This document shows positions 9,545 to 18,502 of a stretch of DNA of 32,000 nt, piece by piece; the first letter of the stretch is position 1; every line of letters begins with the position of its first letter. This DNA is from Candidatus Saccharimonadota bacterium (GTDB lineage: Bacteria > Patescibacteriota > Saccharimonadia > Saccharimonadales > UBA4665). The stretch is from NCBI GenBank assembly GCA_016699955.1, contig CP064993.1, forward strand, positions 690,001 to 722,000, in the 5' to 3' direction. The position numbers and the translations under genes are program-made. Below the pieces are notes generated by a model. It saw nothing but the letters and a program-made list of their open reading frames with translations, searched no databases and was not told the origin of the DNA.

Positions 9545-10021
9545 GTGGATTTGGTTATCGGAATAATCCTAGTCGTTCTATTGCTGTTTGGTTTAGCGGT
9601 GTTCTTTGGTGCGCCGTACTTGCCGACATTAACACCTCAGGTGAAAACTGCGCTTGAACTACTTAACCTCAGGCCAGGTCAAACTTTACTTGAGCTGGGT
9701 AGCGGAGACGGGAAGGTTTTGTTGGCGGCTGCACAGGCTGGATATCACGCGGTTGGTATCGAACTAAATCCATTGCTTGTGCTTGTTTCGCTGTGGCGAA
9801 CTCGGCGCTACAGAAAGCAGGTCAGGGTAATGTTGGGCAACTTTTGGAATGTTACGTGGCCTTCCGCTGACGCAGTCTTTGTGTTCCTGCTTGACCGCTA
9901 CATGCCTAAGCTTGATAAGCGAATGAGTGAGTATAAAAAACCGCTAGCAAGCGTGGCGTTTAAGATGCCAGGTAGGGCTGTTACAGCAGAGAAACAGGGG
10001 GTATTTCTTTATTTGTATTAG
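9545..10021 (+). CDS. small class I SAM-dependent methyltransferase with N-terminal membrane anchor
   Basis: GTG start directly after the xseB stop. N-terminal hydrophobic helix. Motif I LLELGSGDGKVLL and the post-I sequence GIELNP. Confidence 0.6.
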   Translation: MDLVIGIILVVLLLFGLAVFFGAPYLPTLTPQVKTALELLNLRPGQTLLELGSGDGKVLLAAAQAGYHAVGIELNPLLVLVSLWRTRRYRKQVRVMLGNFWNVTWPSADAVFVFLLDRYMPKLDKRMSEYKKPLASVAFKMPGRAVTAEKQGVFLYLY

Positions 10022-12291
10022 CGCCGACGATTTGCGAAGTAGCGTACCGTGCTGGCTAGTAATCCTGTGGAAAATGGCAATTCATCTAAAGCCTTGATTG
10101 CAGCATCAAGATGATAATCACGTAAAAATTGAGCTTTTGTTACGTCACCGAGTGTAACGACAGTAGACTTTTCATTGTCTTGCTGGCTATCTTTTCCGAG
10201 TATGGAGGCTGAGCCAGTCGCGTCCAAGATGTCATCCTGGATCTGAAAGACAATACCGGCGTGGTATGCATAAGTTTGCATGAGTTCAATTTCTACAGGT
10301 GGTCGCTGTTCTAACATCATCAGAGGAACTAGAGAGGCGTCTATGAGAGAGGATGTTTTAAGGGCATACATTCTTATGATTTCCTCTGTTGTAGTGGCAC
10401 TTGAAGGGGTAAGGTCAATATTTTGTCCTTCGCACAGATCCTTGCCAATTTTGCCTGCAATGTAAGCGATAGTTTCTAATACTTTTTCTGGTGGGTAGTG
10501 TTCCTTCAGCTGAGTTAATTTCAGGTAAACAGAATCTATCAAAGCTATGCCAGCCAGTTGTACTTGAGACTCGGGAAAAACATGATGGGCAGCTGGTTTA
10601 CCGCGGCGTGTCTTTGCGTTATCTTGCGCGGGAAGATCGTCAAATAGGAGACTAGATGTATGAGCCATTTCTACACCGACAAGGCACGGTTCAACCTTTT
10701 TATGGTCAATACCGAGAGAATCCGCAAGCATCAGTCCTAGCATAGATCTAACACGTTTACTTTCGCCACGGAGAGCATAGCGAACAGTTTCATGGATTGC
10801 GTTATTGCCCACAAATTCTTGCAGTATCAGATTCTCGATGTAATTACTGTTATCCAAAAAATATGTTCGCGGGTCGGTATTTTGTAGTGAGCGCGTACTC
10901 AACCTTTTGGTTACATCATCCAATATAATTTTTTCATTTCGGGTTAATCTCCGTTTCGTTGGGGGATCACAGGGAAGCTGCCCGACAGTAGCGAGCCATG
11001 CGCTCAATGGCCCGTCATCACCGAAGGTATTTTCCATGGCTGCTATTCTGTCAGGCTGTCCCAAGAGCGAACGTGCAAGTTCAAGGCTACCATACCTGCC
11101 TAGTATCTGTTCGACGCGAGGGGATCCATTGTAGCAACGTTGTGCAATATAGGGGTTTGAAGCAAAGTAGACCAGCAGGGGGTTGAGTTGTTCCGTCCCT
11201 TTTTGGTATGTGGTGAACGGAGTCAAGCGCCCCGCGGCGTTATCATCAAAATAATCCCGAAAATCATCAAGCAATTGGTTACGCGTCAGCGAGTATAGAA
11301 GTCGTGTTATATCATCATGAATAGGAGCGTAATTTGATAGAAGATGCGCGACTACACGGGATAGTCCGGCTTTCATGGCAATAAGTGGGTACATCTTGTC
11401 GAGATGATCACCGGTAGCTTCTAGATGCTGGGCGGTATACATCGAAAGCAGGGCGTCATAAAGATGTTGATTTGTCTCGAACGGGTAGTGCGATCGTAGG
11501 CCATCATAAACACTGAGTAGTTCTTCTGCGAGCGGATGATCGGGTATATCGCGCAAAGATATGTCTTGACCGTCCGAAAGCCCATTTACAATACTGCTAT
11601 GGGCGCGTTCAGCCAGTCGCGCGGGGATAATACTGCTGTCATGTAAGACATCGTCAACTATTGGGTATGTTGCCGCATAATAATATGCGCCTGGGATGGC
11701 CGCTAGCACTGCAGTCTTTCTCTCGACCTTTGAAACGATTGCAGGATGCATTGCCGTGATAGAAAGTACTCCCAGGATCGTGCGGGCAACTTTCCCCATA
11801 GCGCCTTGTTCCACAGTCTCCCTGGGGAGGATAGAGTGTAAATACTTCAGACGCTCTTCGAGCCACCCAACTTCTGGAACCTGTCTTGCGTCGGAAACTA
11901 TATCAGCAAGAAATGGTGGCAGCTCGTCTTGGTCGTTTCTGATTTTTTTGGAATTCTGAACCAATCTTAGTATTTCATGCGCAGTGGCTGACTTTCGTAT
12001 GGTATTACTGGCAGTTCGAGCATCATCGGTCCCTCGATTAAGTAGGGAGAAGTAGATTACCTCGTCCATTCTCGAACGTTTTTCCGGTCTATAATCCGGC
12101 GCTTGTAACGTTGCCGTATCGGTGACGATGCTGGCGGTTATCTTGGGGAGGTGCTGGTTAGTCCAACTAGTCAAATCATCACTTATGGTCTGGCATGTCT
12201 CCATAAGTACAGGAAAGTGGTATGGCCGCTGGGAAGGAAAGCCAGGAGAATTTGAAAGATTATGCGGCGGTTCAGCCATAACAATAAACAT
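10018..12291 (-). CDS. two-domain isoprenoid synthase: divergent N-terminal trans-prenyl-synthase-like domain fused to a canonical polyprenyl (FPP/GGPP-type) diphosphate synthase
   Basis: C-terminal residues ~470-757 carry SKRVRSML, the first Asp-rich motif (FARM) LLFDDLPAQDN..RRGKP, EGQNID, KTSSL, and the second Asp-rich motif (SARM) FQIQDDILD. N-terminal residues ~1-465 carry a second pair of Asp-rich motifs, IVDDVLHD (213-218) and LLDDFRDYFDD (342-350). The N-terminal pair is 129 aa apart, against 135 aa in the C-domain. Confidence 0.75.
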   Translation of the reverse strand: MFIVMAEPPHNLSNSPGFPSQRPYHFPVLMETCQTISDDLTSWTNQHLPKITASIVTDTATLQAPDYRPEKRSRMDEVIYFSLLNRGTDDARTASNTIRKSATAHEILRLVQNSKKIRNDQDELPPFLADIVSDARQVPEVGWLEERLKYLHSILPRETVEQGAMGKVARTILGVLSITAMHPAIVSKVERKTAVLAAIPGAYYYAATYPIVDDVLHDSSIIPARLAERAHSSIVNGLSDGQDISLRDIPDHPLAEELLSVYDGLRSHYPFETNQHLYDALLSMYTAQHLEATGDHLDKMYPLIAMKAGLSRVVAHLLSNYAPIHDDITRLLYSLTRNQLLDDFRDYFDDNAAGRLTPFTTYQKGTEQLNPLLVYFASNPYIAQRCYNGSPRVEQILGRYGSLELARSLLGQPDRIAAMENTFGDDGPLSAWLATVGQLPCDPPTKRRLTRNEKIILDDVTKRLSTRSLQNTDPRTYFLDNSNYIENLILQEFVGNNAIHETVRYALRGESKRVRSMLGLMLADSLGIDHKKVEPCLVGVEMAHTSSLLFDDLPAQDNAKTRRGKPAAHHVFPESQVQLAGIALIDSVYLKLTQLKEHYPPEKVLETIAYIAGKIGKDLCEGQNIDLTPSSATTTEEIIRMYALKTSSLIDASLVPLMMLEQRPPVEIELMQTYAYHAGIVFQIQDDILDATGSASILGKDSQQDNEKSTVVTLGDVTKAQFLRDYHLDAAIKALDELPFSTGLLASTVRYFANRRR

Positions 12292-12373
12292 AAAACATAG
12301 TAGTTAATAATACAATAATATATTTAACGTAAGTACATTCGAAGGTTGCATCATATGACCATGATGCGTTACC

Positions 12374-13042
12374 ATGAGCAGTATGAAATATACGGTGGAC
12401 GAAAAGGGTTCTGTAGTGAGCTTGGTCGCAATAGTACTACTGAGCTTGGGGGTTGTCGGGGGATTAGGTTTTGGCTACTGGGCGTATAACGGTCGCCAAG
12501 ATTATAAAAAAAACGTTGACGCAAAGATTAAAACGGCTGTGCAAGCTAACACAAAAACTGTCCAAGCACAGGACGCAAAAGATTATGCCGAAGCGGCCAA
12601 GAATCCGCTCAAGACATACGCTGGACCAGAGGCTTATGGTAGCGTTACCATTCAGTATCCAAAAACTTGGAGTGGTTATATTGTCACCGGGACAGGGCAG
12701 CCCTTGGACGGCTTCTTTAACCCAGATGTGGTTCCTTCGGTGTCCGACCTGAAGTCGGTTTTTGCATTACGAGTTCAAGTGGTTGCGTCGCCGTACAGCC
12801 AAAGCGTGACACAGTACCAGAGTTTACAAAAGCAGGGCAAAGTAACCGTGAAGCCTTACGCTTTGCCGAAAGTTCCTGGTACGGTTGGCGTTCGGGTAGA
12901 TGGTCAAATTACCCCAACAAAGCAGGGGAGTATTGTGGTTTTACCAATGCGCGACAAAACATTAAAACTTTGGATTGAATCAAGCCAATTTGCTGCCGAC
13001 TTTGATGGCATAATCTTACCCAATACAACCTTCTCTCCATAA
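12374..13042 (+). CDS. hypothetical membrane-anchored/extracytoplasmic protein
   Basis: 222-aa ORF with one N-terminal TM helix (VVSLVAIVLLSLGVVGGLGFGYWAY). The remainder is hydrophilic and beta-rich in appearance. No recognisable motif. Confidence 0.5.
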   Translation: MSSMKYTVDEKGSVVSLVAIVLLSLGVVGGLGFGYWAYNGRQDYKKNVDAKIKTAVQANTKTVQAQDAKDYAEAAKNPLKTYAGPEAYGSVTIQYPKTWSGYIVTGTGQPLDGFFNPDVVPSVSDLKSVFALRVQVVASPYSQSVTQYQSLQKQGKVTVKPYALPKVPGTVGVRVDGQITPTKQGSIVVLPMRDKTLKLWIESSQFAADFDGIILPNTTFSP

Positions 13043-13130
13043 TTTTCACAATATGCACCCTGCTTTTACTTAGGTATACTGCGTAGAGAAATCGCGTAGT
13101 GTGGACTTGGTAAGGAAAAGGGTATAAGCG

Positions 13131-13856
13131 GTGCGAGTTGCAAAGCAAAAAAAAGAGTTTACCGAGCACGAAAAGCTTTTTACAAGTTTAGCCGATGGCG
13201 TGAGTCATACTTTTCTTCAGCTGACACGCCTGAGTGAGGAAGCACGTTTTATACCTGGTAGCCAAGATGAACAGTGGGCAGCCGTACGTGACTTAACCGG
13301 TGCGTCGTTGCAGCTTTTGGAAAGTTACGTCCATCTCATGCGCCTACACGGTGGTACAGCTCAGCCGCTCCTTGAACCAGTGGCTGTTACCAGCTTGCTT
13401 TACGACACTCTTCATATGCTAGAACCCTACGCTAAACAGTATCAGGTTGACCTTGCGATCGATATACCTCCCAGTCTCGAACCAGTTGTGAGTGATAGGG
13501 CTATTTTACAGTCTGCGTTACTCAGCCTTGGTCAAGTATTTATAGGTGCTCAGTCAGAATCTGAGCATGAGCAGCGCGTGCTCAGTCTAGGGGCGCATAA
13601 AGGAAGATATGGGATTGTTGCTGGTTGGTATGGCCAAGGTTACGAACTGAGTGCGCGGGCACTTACTAGGGCTCGTCGCTTACACGGCCGAGTGCAACAA
13701 CCGCTCCACGAGCTGGTTAGTGGTTCGGCGAGTGGCGTTTTTATTGCAGACGGGTTGCTGGCATCAATTTCATCTCAGCTTCATGTTGCGCGGTATCACA
13801 ATACGGCTGGGCTTGCCGCAACCTTGCCAGCTTGTCACCAGCTCCAATTAGTCTAG
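13131..13856 (+). CDS. soluble histidine-kinase-like protein with degenerate catalytic motifs
   Basis: GTG start. H-box-like LADGVSHTFLQLTRL. An N-box-position segment, DRAILQSALLSLGQVF, lacks the conserved Asn. G-box-like SGSASGVFIADGLL and a C-terminal GLAATLP. No sensor or TM region. It lies immediately upstream of a receiver-like gene. Confidence 0.4.
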   Translation: MRVAKQKKEFTEHEKLFTSLADGVSHTFLQLTRLSEEARFIPGSQDEQWAAVRDLTGASLQLLESYVHLMRLHGGTAQPLLEPVAVTSLLYDTLHMLEPYAKQYQVDLAIDIPPSLEPVVSDRAILQSALLSLGQVFIGAQSESEHEQRVLSLGAHKGRYGIVAGWYGQGYELSARALTRARRLHGRVQQPLHELVSGSASGVFIADGLLASISSQLHVARYHNTAGLAATLPACHQLQLV

Positions 13857-13858
13857 CT

Positions 13859-14242
13859 ATGAAAGTATTGCTCGTTGAACCAGACACGATACTTGCCAAA
13901 ACATATACGACAGCGCTTGAGACGGCTGGACATCACGTAGTTCGTGTGGTGAGCGCTCAAACGGCGGTGCGGGCGGCAGACACTAGTACGCCAGATGTTA
14001 TTGTGCTGTCGCTCGGCATTGCTCGGCACAACGGCGCAGAGTTTCTCTACGAGTTCAAAAGCTATCCAGAGTGGCAGCCGGTGCCGGTGGTGCTGTTAGT
14101 GCCACGACTTGCATTCGATCTCGGTGACCCGGTTGCGTTGAGAGACCAGCTTGGGGTTCAAGCCGTCTTGGTACGGTCGCAAACGACATTAGTGCAACTT
14201 TGTGATGCTGTTTTGGCCGCGGGTGAGCAGGGGGCACCATGA
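13859..14242 (+). CDS. pseudo-receiver (response-regulator-like domain lacking the phospho-acceptor Asp)
   Basis: MKVLLVEPD... has the receiver fold pattern. The acceptor position reads VIVLSLGI (Ser instead of Asp). The conserved Thr and Lys positions also differ (LLVPR, LVRSQ). ATG at 13859 sits 2 nt after the upstream stop. The 3' end overlaps the recO start (ATGA). Confidence 0.55.
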   Translation: MKVLLVEPDTILAKTYTTALETAGHHVVRVVSAQTAVRAADTSTPDVIVLSLGIARHNGAEFLYEFKSYPEWQPVPVVLLVPRLAFDLGDPVALRDQLGVQAVLVRSQTTLVQLCDAVLAAGEQGAP

Positions 14243-14931
14243 ACCAGCGCCGCACAACCGCAATCGTTCTTACGCGAGTGAATTACGGCGAAGCAGACAG
14301 AATAATTACGGTGCTTACCCCCGACAGTGGAAAACTAAGTCTGATTGCAAAAGGTGTTCGAAAAGTAAGAAGTAAACTTGCCGGCGGAATTGAATTATTT
14401 AGCACGAGTGAGATTACGTACATACCAGGTAGGGGAAATATTTCCACACTTGTCTCAGCTAGACTTAGCCGGCACTATGGACACATTGTAGAAAACATTG
14501 ATCGTACAATGCTCGGTTACGAGCTGATAAAACTTCTACACAAAGTTACAGAAGACGAACCGGAAACGGCATATTTTGGCCTACTTGAGCAAGCGTTTCT
14601 CGCCTTGGATGACCAAAACGTGCCCGTTAATTTAATCCGGATCTGGTTTAGCGCTCAGCTGCTGCGACTCGCTGGGCATAGCCCAAATTTACAAACAAGT
14701 ACTGATAAAACGAAACTTGCGTCAACTCAGCGCTATGATTTTGACTATGATGCCACTGCTTTTTCGCTCAGTCCTAGTGGCGTTTTTGGCGTAAATGAAG
14801 TTAAGTTCTTGCGCCTATTGTTTGGCGAGAGCAAGCCAAACATCCTCGTAAGGGTGCAGGGAGTAGACGCAATAATTATTCTTGTGGCTCCGCTCATTCA
14901 GACGCTGCGCCAGCTCCATCTTCGTGTATAA
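14239..14931 (+). CDS. recO: DNA repair protein RecO
   Basis: N-terminal OB-fold signature AIVLTRVNYGEADRIITVLTPDSGKLSLIAKGVRK..SKL and typical length (230 aa). Confidence 0.85.
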   Translation: MNQRRTTAIVLTRVNYGEADRIITVLTPDSGKLSLIAKGVRKVRSKLAGGIELFSTSEITYIPGRGNISTLVSARLSRHYGHIVENIDRTMLGYELIKLLHKVTEDEPETAYFGLLEQAFLALDDQNVPVNLIRIWFSAQLLRLAGHSPNLQTSTDKTKLASTQRYDFDYDATAFSLSPSGVFGVNEVKFLRLLFGESKPNILVRVQGVDAIIILVAPLIQTLRQLHLRV

Positions 14932-15039
14932 CCCGAACTCGTGCTTTGGGGAGAAAATGTACCATCTGTGCTTTTGGAAAGCGAAATGCGTGCCCAACAA
15001 GACGTGTGCGATTGGATTTTACGGAGGGTAAAGAGTATC

Positions 15040-16398
15040 ATGAGGGCTATGAGTACACAGCGACATGAGGTGAAACTGCCAGAGGCAAATAGCCCAAACG
15101 AGGTAAAATTGGAAGATATCGTTAGCCTGTGTAAGAGGCGGGGGTTTATATTCCCGGGCAGTGATGTTTACGGTGGGCTGGCTGGAACCTGGGACTACGG
15201 TCCACTCGGTGTAGAGCTGAAACGCAATATCATGCAGCTATGGTGGAAAATGTTTGTACAGGAACGTGACGACATGTACGGCGTCGATGCCGCCATATTG
15301 ATGAATCAAAAAGTCTGGCAAGCCAGCGGTCATGTCGACACGTTTACCGACCCACTCGTAGAATGTTCAAATTGCAAAGGTCGTTTCCGCGCAGACAAAC
15401 TTGACAAGGCCGATACGTGTCCGACATGTGGCCAAAAAAATACATTTGGTGAGGCTCGAGCGTTTAATATGATGTTTAAAACTAATGTTGGGCCAGTCGA
15501 TGATGATGCCTCGCTTTCGTACCTAAGGCCAGAAACGGCGCAGGGGATTTTTACCAATTTTAAGAACGTAGTAGACACCATATATCCAGATGTGCCATTT
15601 GGCATTGCCCAGCAGGGCAAGGCCTTTCGCAATGAAATCTCCCCCCGTGATTTTGTGTTTCGTAGCCGCGAGTTCGAGCAGATGGAGATCGAGTATTTTG
15701 TACAGCCCGATGAATGGGAAGAAAGTTTTGAACACTGGGTAGAACAGTGCAAAAAGTGGTTTAGTGCGCTGGGTCTACCAGAAGGAACCGTGCACGAACT
15801 AGAGGTGCCACAAAACGACCGCGCACATTACAGCAAGCGCACGATAGATTTTGAGTTCGACTTCCCGATCGGACGCGAAGAGCTGATGGGGCTCGCATAC
15901 CGCACCGATTTTGACCTTATAAACATCCAAAATGCGTCGAAAAAAGGCATGGAATACCGGCCAAAAAATGGATCACCAGCGTATGTACCGCACGTCATAG
16001 AACCAAGCTTCGGCGTGGAGCGTGCTGTCATGGCGGTGCTGTGTAGTGCGTACTGGAACGATACCGAAAACGACCGCGTGGTTTTGCGGCTGCCATACGA
16101 CCTTGCACCAGTAAAAGTAGCAGTCTGTCCGTTAGCAAAAAATAACCCTGAACTGGTAGCAAAAGCGCGTGAAATATACACTAGCCTAAAGAAAGAGTTC
16201 GGCGCAGTCCTATGGGTGGACAGCGGCAACATTGGTAAAAACTACCGCAAAATGGACGAAATAGGTGTACCCTATGTCGTGACCGTAGACTTCGACACTC
16301 TAGAAGGGGACACGAAAGACACTGTGACAGTCCGCTCACGCGACACCACCGCCCAGGAACGCGCCAAAGTTTTGAATTTGATAGCACTCCTTAAGTAG
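15040..16398 (+). CDS. glyQS: glycine--tRNA ligase (homodimeric class II GlyQS type)
   Basis: LCKRRGFIFPGSDVYGGLAGTWDYGPLG, FRNEISPR, and the C-terminal anticodon-binding region. The start is ambiguous among 14941 (GTG), 15040 and 15049. 15040 was chosen because GGAGG lies about 12 nt upstream. Confidence 0.9.
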   Translation: MRAMSTQRHEVKLPEANSPNEVKLEDIVSLCKRRGFIFPGSDVYGGLAGTWDYGPLGVELKRNIMQLWWKMFVQERDDMYGVDAAILMNQKVWQASGHVDTFTDPLVECSNCKGRFRADKLDKADTCPTCGQKNTFGEARAFNMMFKTNVGPVDDDASLSYLRPETAQGIFTNFKNVVDTIYPDVPFGIAQQGKAFRNEISPRDFVFRSREFEQMEIEYFVQPDEWEESFEHWVEQCKKWFSALGLPEGTVHELEVPQNDRAHYSKRTIDFEFDFPIGREELMGLAYRTDFDLINIQNASKKGMEYRPKNGSPAYVPHVIEPSFGVERAVMAVLCSAYWNDTENDRVVLRLPYDLAPVKVAVCPLAKNNPELVAKAREIYTSLKKEFGAVLWVDSGNIGKNYRKMDEIGVPYVVTVDFDTLEGDTKDTVTVRSRDTTAQERAKVLNLIALLK

Positions 16399-16481
16399 GG
16401 CATAGCCGGAAATTACTGTATAACTATAGAAATATATTTCGCGGTTCTCATATTTTTCATGATTGGTCAAACGATACAGAA

Positions 16482-16925
16482 ATGAGGTACCATAGGGAAA
16501 TGTTTATTTATTTCACCGACGGAAGTGCCAGTCCAAACCCGGGGCCAGGAGGGTTTTCGGTGGTGAGCGGAGGTAAACCGGTGGTACTCGGCGGTGAGCC
16601 GAGTGGTGCAGTGACTACCAACATCCGTATGGAGGGTTTTGCCATATTGAACGCTCTGAAACATGCCGGAGGCCAGCCGTGCCAGATCTATACCGACAGC
16701 GAATTCTGGATAAATGTCATCACGAAATGGTCACTTAGTTGGGAGGCAAATGGTTGGAAGAAGAAGGGCGGCGAAATAAAAAACCTCGATATTGTGCAGG
16801 AGGTCTGCCCGCTGTACCGCAGTTCGCAGGCTGAGCTAATCTGGGTGCGTGGTCACGTGGGGCATGAGGGCAATGAGTTAGCAGACCACTGGGCCAACCA
16901 AGCACGCGAGGGCATAAGAATCTGA
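16482..16925 (+). CDS. rnhA: ribonuclease HI
   Basis: FTDGSASPNPGPGGFSVV (Asp), MEGFAILNAL (Glu), IYTDSEF (Asp), WKK.GG.IKN.D and VRGHVGHEGNELADHWAN (Asp): the RNase H1 catalytic DEDD pattern. An alternative start is at 16500. Confidence 0.88.
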   Translation: MRYHREMFIYFTDGSASPNPGPGGFSVVSGGKPVVLGGEPSGAVTTNIRMEGFAILNALKHAGGQPCQIYTDSEFWINVITKWSLSWEANGWKKKGGEIKNLDIVQEVCPLYRSSQAELIWVRGHVGHEGNELADHWANQAREGIRI

Positions 16926-16998
16926 GAAAGTGTAATTGTGCAGCATTTGAATGTGGAGGAGATTGGCGCTTGGCCTAAGGAGTGCACTAAGCAAAAAG

Positions 16999-17247
16999 CT
17001 AGTCGTTTACGATTGGCAAGGCGTTGGGTGAGGTACCAAGGGTAGAGGCGAGGCGGTCAAGCTGCTGAAATTTGCCGTATTTTATGGGTGTTCCGTCGGC
17101 GTGGTAGAGTCGGTAGTAGTAGTCAAAGCGGCGCAGCTCACCTTTGAATGTTTGTGCGGTCGTGGGCTCGTCTATACGTCGTATGAACCAATCTGCCGGT
17201 TCGTTAGCTAAAATACGTTTTAGTTTTGCGTAGTGGTTGAAGGCCAT
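16999..17247 (-). CDS. hypothetical small protein (82 aa)
   Basis: ORF divergent from the ybaK-like gene. No recognisable motif. Coding status rests only on length and placement. Confidence 0.35.
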   Translation of the reverse strand: MAFNHYAKLKRILANEPADWFIRRIDEPTTAQTFKGELRRFDYYYRLYHADGTPIKYGKFQQLDRLASTLGTSPNALPIVND

Positions 17248-17269
17248 ACAAAAGATTATACTATGGGCT

Positions 17270-17746
17270 ATGCGTGACGCTGTGTTTGCAACCTTAGAAA
17301 AACTGGATATTCCCTATCGGCTTCAGGAGCACGAGGCAGTGTTTACTGTGGCGGAGTCGAGCGTAAAACTAGAGGAGAAATTACCAGTCAAAACGTTGCT
17401 GGTGACAGATGAGCGAAAACAGCATGTCTGGATGGTGGCAATGCGCGGGCTGAACCGACTGGATATGAAGCTGTTAGCGCGCGAGCTGGGGGTAAAAAAA
17501 CTGCAGTTCGTACAGCCAGAGCGTGTGTTTGAACTGGTAGGCGTTCAACCGGGAAGCGTTTCTATCTTCGGTCTTCTCCACCCGGGATCTAAAAACATAC
17601 AGGTTGTGCTAGATGAATCGCTCATGACTGAACCAGAACTTGGTTTTCACCCCAATGACAATACTGCCACCGTCTTCCTGTCGCCTAGCGACGTTCTGAA
17701 AATCATTCAGGCTAGCGGACAAGCATACCGTATACTGGCAGTATGA
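17270..17746 (+). CDS. YbaK/ProX-type aminoacyl-tRNA deacylase (prolyl-tRNA editing domain protein)
   Basis: The pattern L.KL.IPY...EH.AVFTV.ES......LPVKTLL..D......W.V...G..RLDMK.LA..LG.KKL.F......L.G..PGSVS.FGL, then FHP.DNTAT, is typical of the YbaK/EbsC/ProX family. The ATG at 17270 is preferred to the TTG at 17237, which would overlap the divergent gene. Confidence 0.72.
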   Translation: MRDAVFATLEKLDIPYRLQEHEAVFTVAESSVKLEEKLPVKTLLVTDERKQHVWMVAMRGLNRLDMKLLARELGVKKLQFVQPERVFELVGVQPGSVSIFGLLHPGSKNIQVVLDESLMTEPELGFHPNDNTATVFLSPSDVLKIIQASGQAYRILAV

Positions 17747-17891
17747 TCCATGAAAATTGGGCGTATCTAGCGCCAGCTATAAATGTACTCAAAATCGACT
17801 AACTTCGGACGATTTTAAACAGGGCGTATTTAGTGAATGAAAACATTATAATAATATTGTAATGGTTTGAGACATATGCTAGGATGGAATT

Positions 17892-18113
17892 ATGACATTT
17901 ACGACCATCCAAAAAGCAATTAAGATTGGGACAAGCCGTGGGGTTATTTTGCCGGCGAAGGAACTAAAACGTCTTGGTGTAAAGGACGACGACGAACTTG
18001 AGCTTATCGTACGCAAGAAATCAAATGCTGCAACCAACGAAGAAGTTATAACAGCAGCCGATGACATTCTGCGCGAATATCGTACGGCCTTCCAAAATTT
18101 AGCTAATCGATGA
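17892..18113 (+). CDS. AbrB/MazE/SpoVT-family antitoxin
   Basis: 73 aa. The motif KIGTSRGVILPAKELKRLGVKDDDELEL is a SpoVT-AbrB swapped-hairpin signature. Its stop overlaps the start of the Doc toxin gene (ATGA). Confidence 0.8.
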   Translation: MTFTTIQKAIKIGTSRGVILPAKELKRLGVKDDDELELIVRKKSNAATNEEVITAADDILREYRTAFQNLANR

Positions 18114-18502
18114 ATGTAAAAACGTTTGGAATAGATCAGCTGCTGATGCTGCACTCATTTGTGCTTGCAAATACAGGTGGCGGTGATGGAGTGCGCGATA
18201 TTGGGCGGCTTGAGGCGGCGCTTGCCACGCAAACACAGGAAGTTTTCGGAACCGAATTATACCCGGAACTGTACAACAAGGCGGGCGCGATTATTCGTGG
18301 TATTATTGCGGACCACCCATTTATAGATGGAAATAAAAGAACGGCGATGCTTGCAGGCTTAACGTTGATGAAAGTGAATGGCCTAACTCTGCGAGCGAGT
18401 AATCAGGAGCTCGAAGACTTTGCAGTGCAAGTGGCTGTGGAGCATTTGGGTGTAGAGGAAATTTCCGAGTGGCTCAAAAAGCACGTAGAGGTAAATGTAT
18501 GA
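18110..18502 (+). CDS. doc: Fic/Doc-family toxin (death-on-curing type)
   Basis: Diagnostic Doc motif HPFIDGNKRTA. 130 aa. Paired with the upstream antitoxin by a 4-nt overlap. Confidence 0.9.
   Translation: MNVKTFGIDQLLMLHSFVLANTGGGDGVRDIGRLEAALATQTQEVFGTELYPELYNKAGAIIRGIIADHPFIDGNKRTAMLAGLTLMKVNGLTLRASNQELEDFAVQVAVEHLGVEEISEWLKKHVEVNV

Noticed and set aside
10018-10021. Convergent genes whose stop codons overlap (TAG of the methyltransferase, TAA of the 757-aa gene) with no terminator between them
   Set aside because: The overlap is real in the sequence, but this is a common consequence of genome compaction and not evidence of a specific mechanism.
14932-15039. T-box riboswitch upstream of glyQS
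   Set aside because: The gap is only about 110 nt. No T-box consensus (AANNNGGGUGGUACCGCG-like) or specifier-loop architecture is visible.
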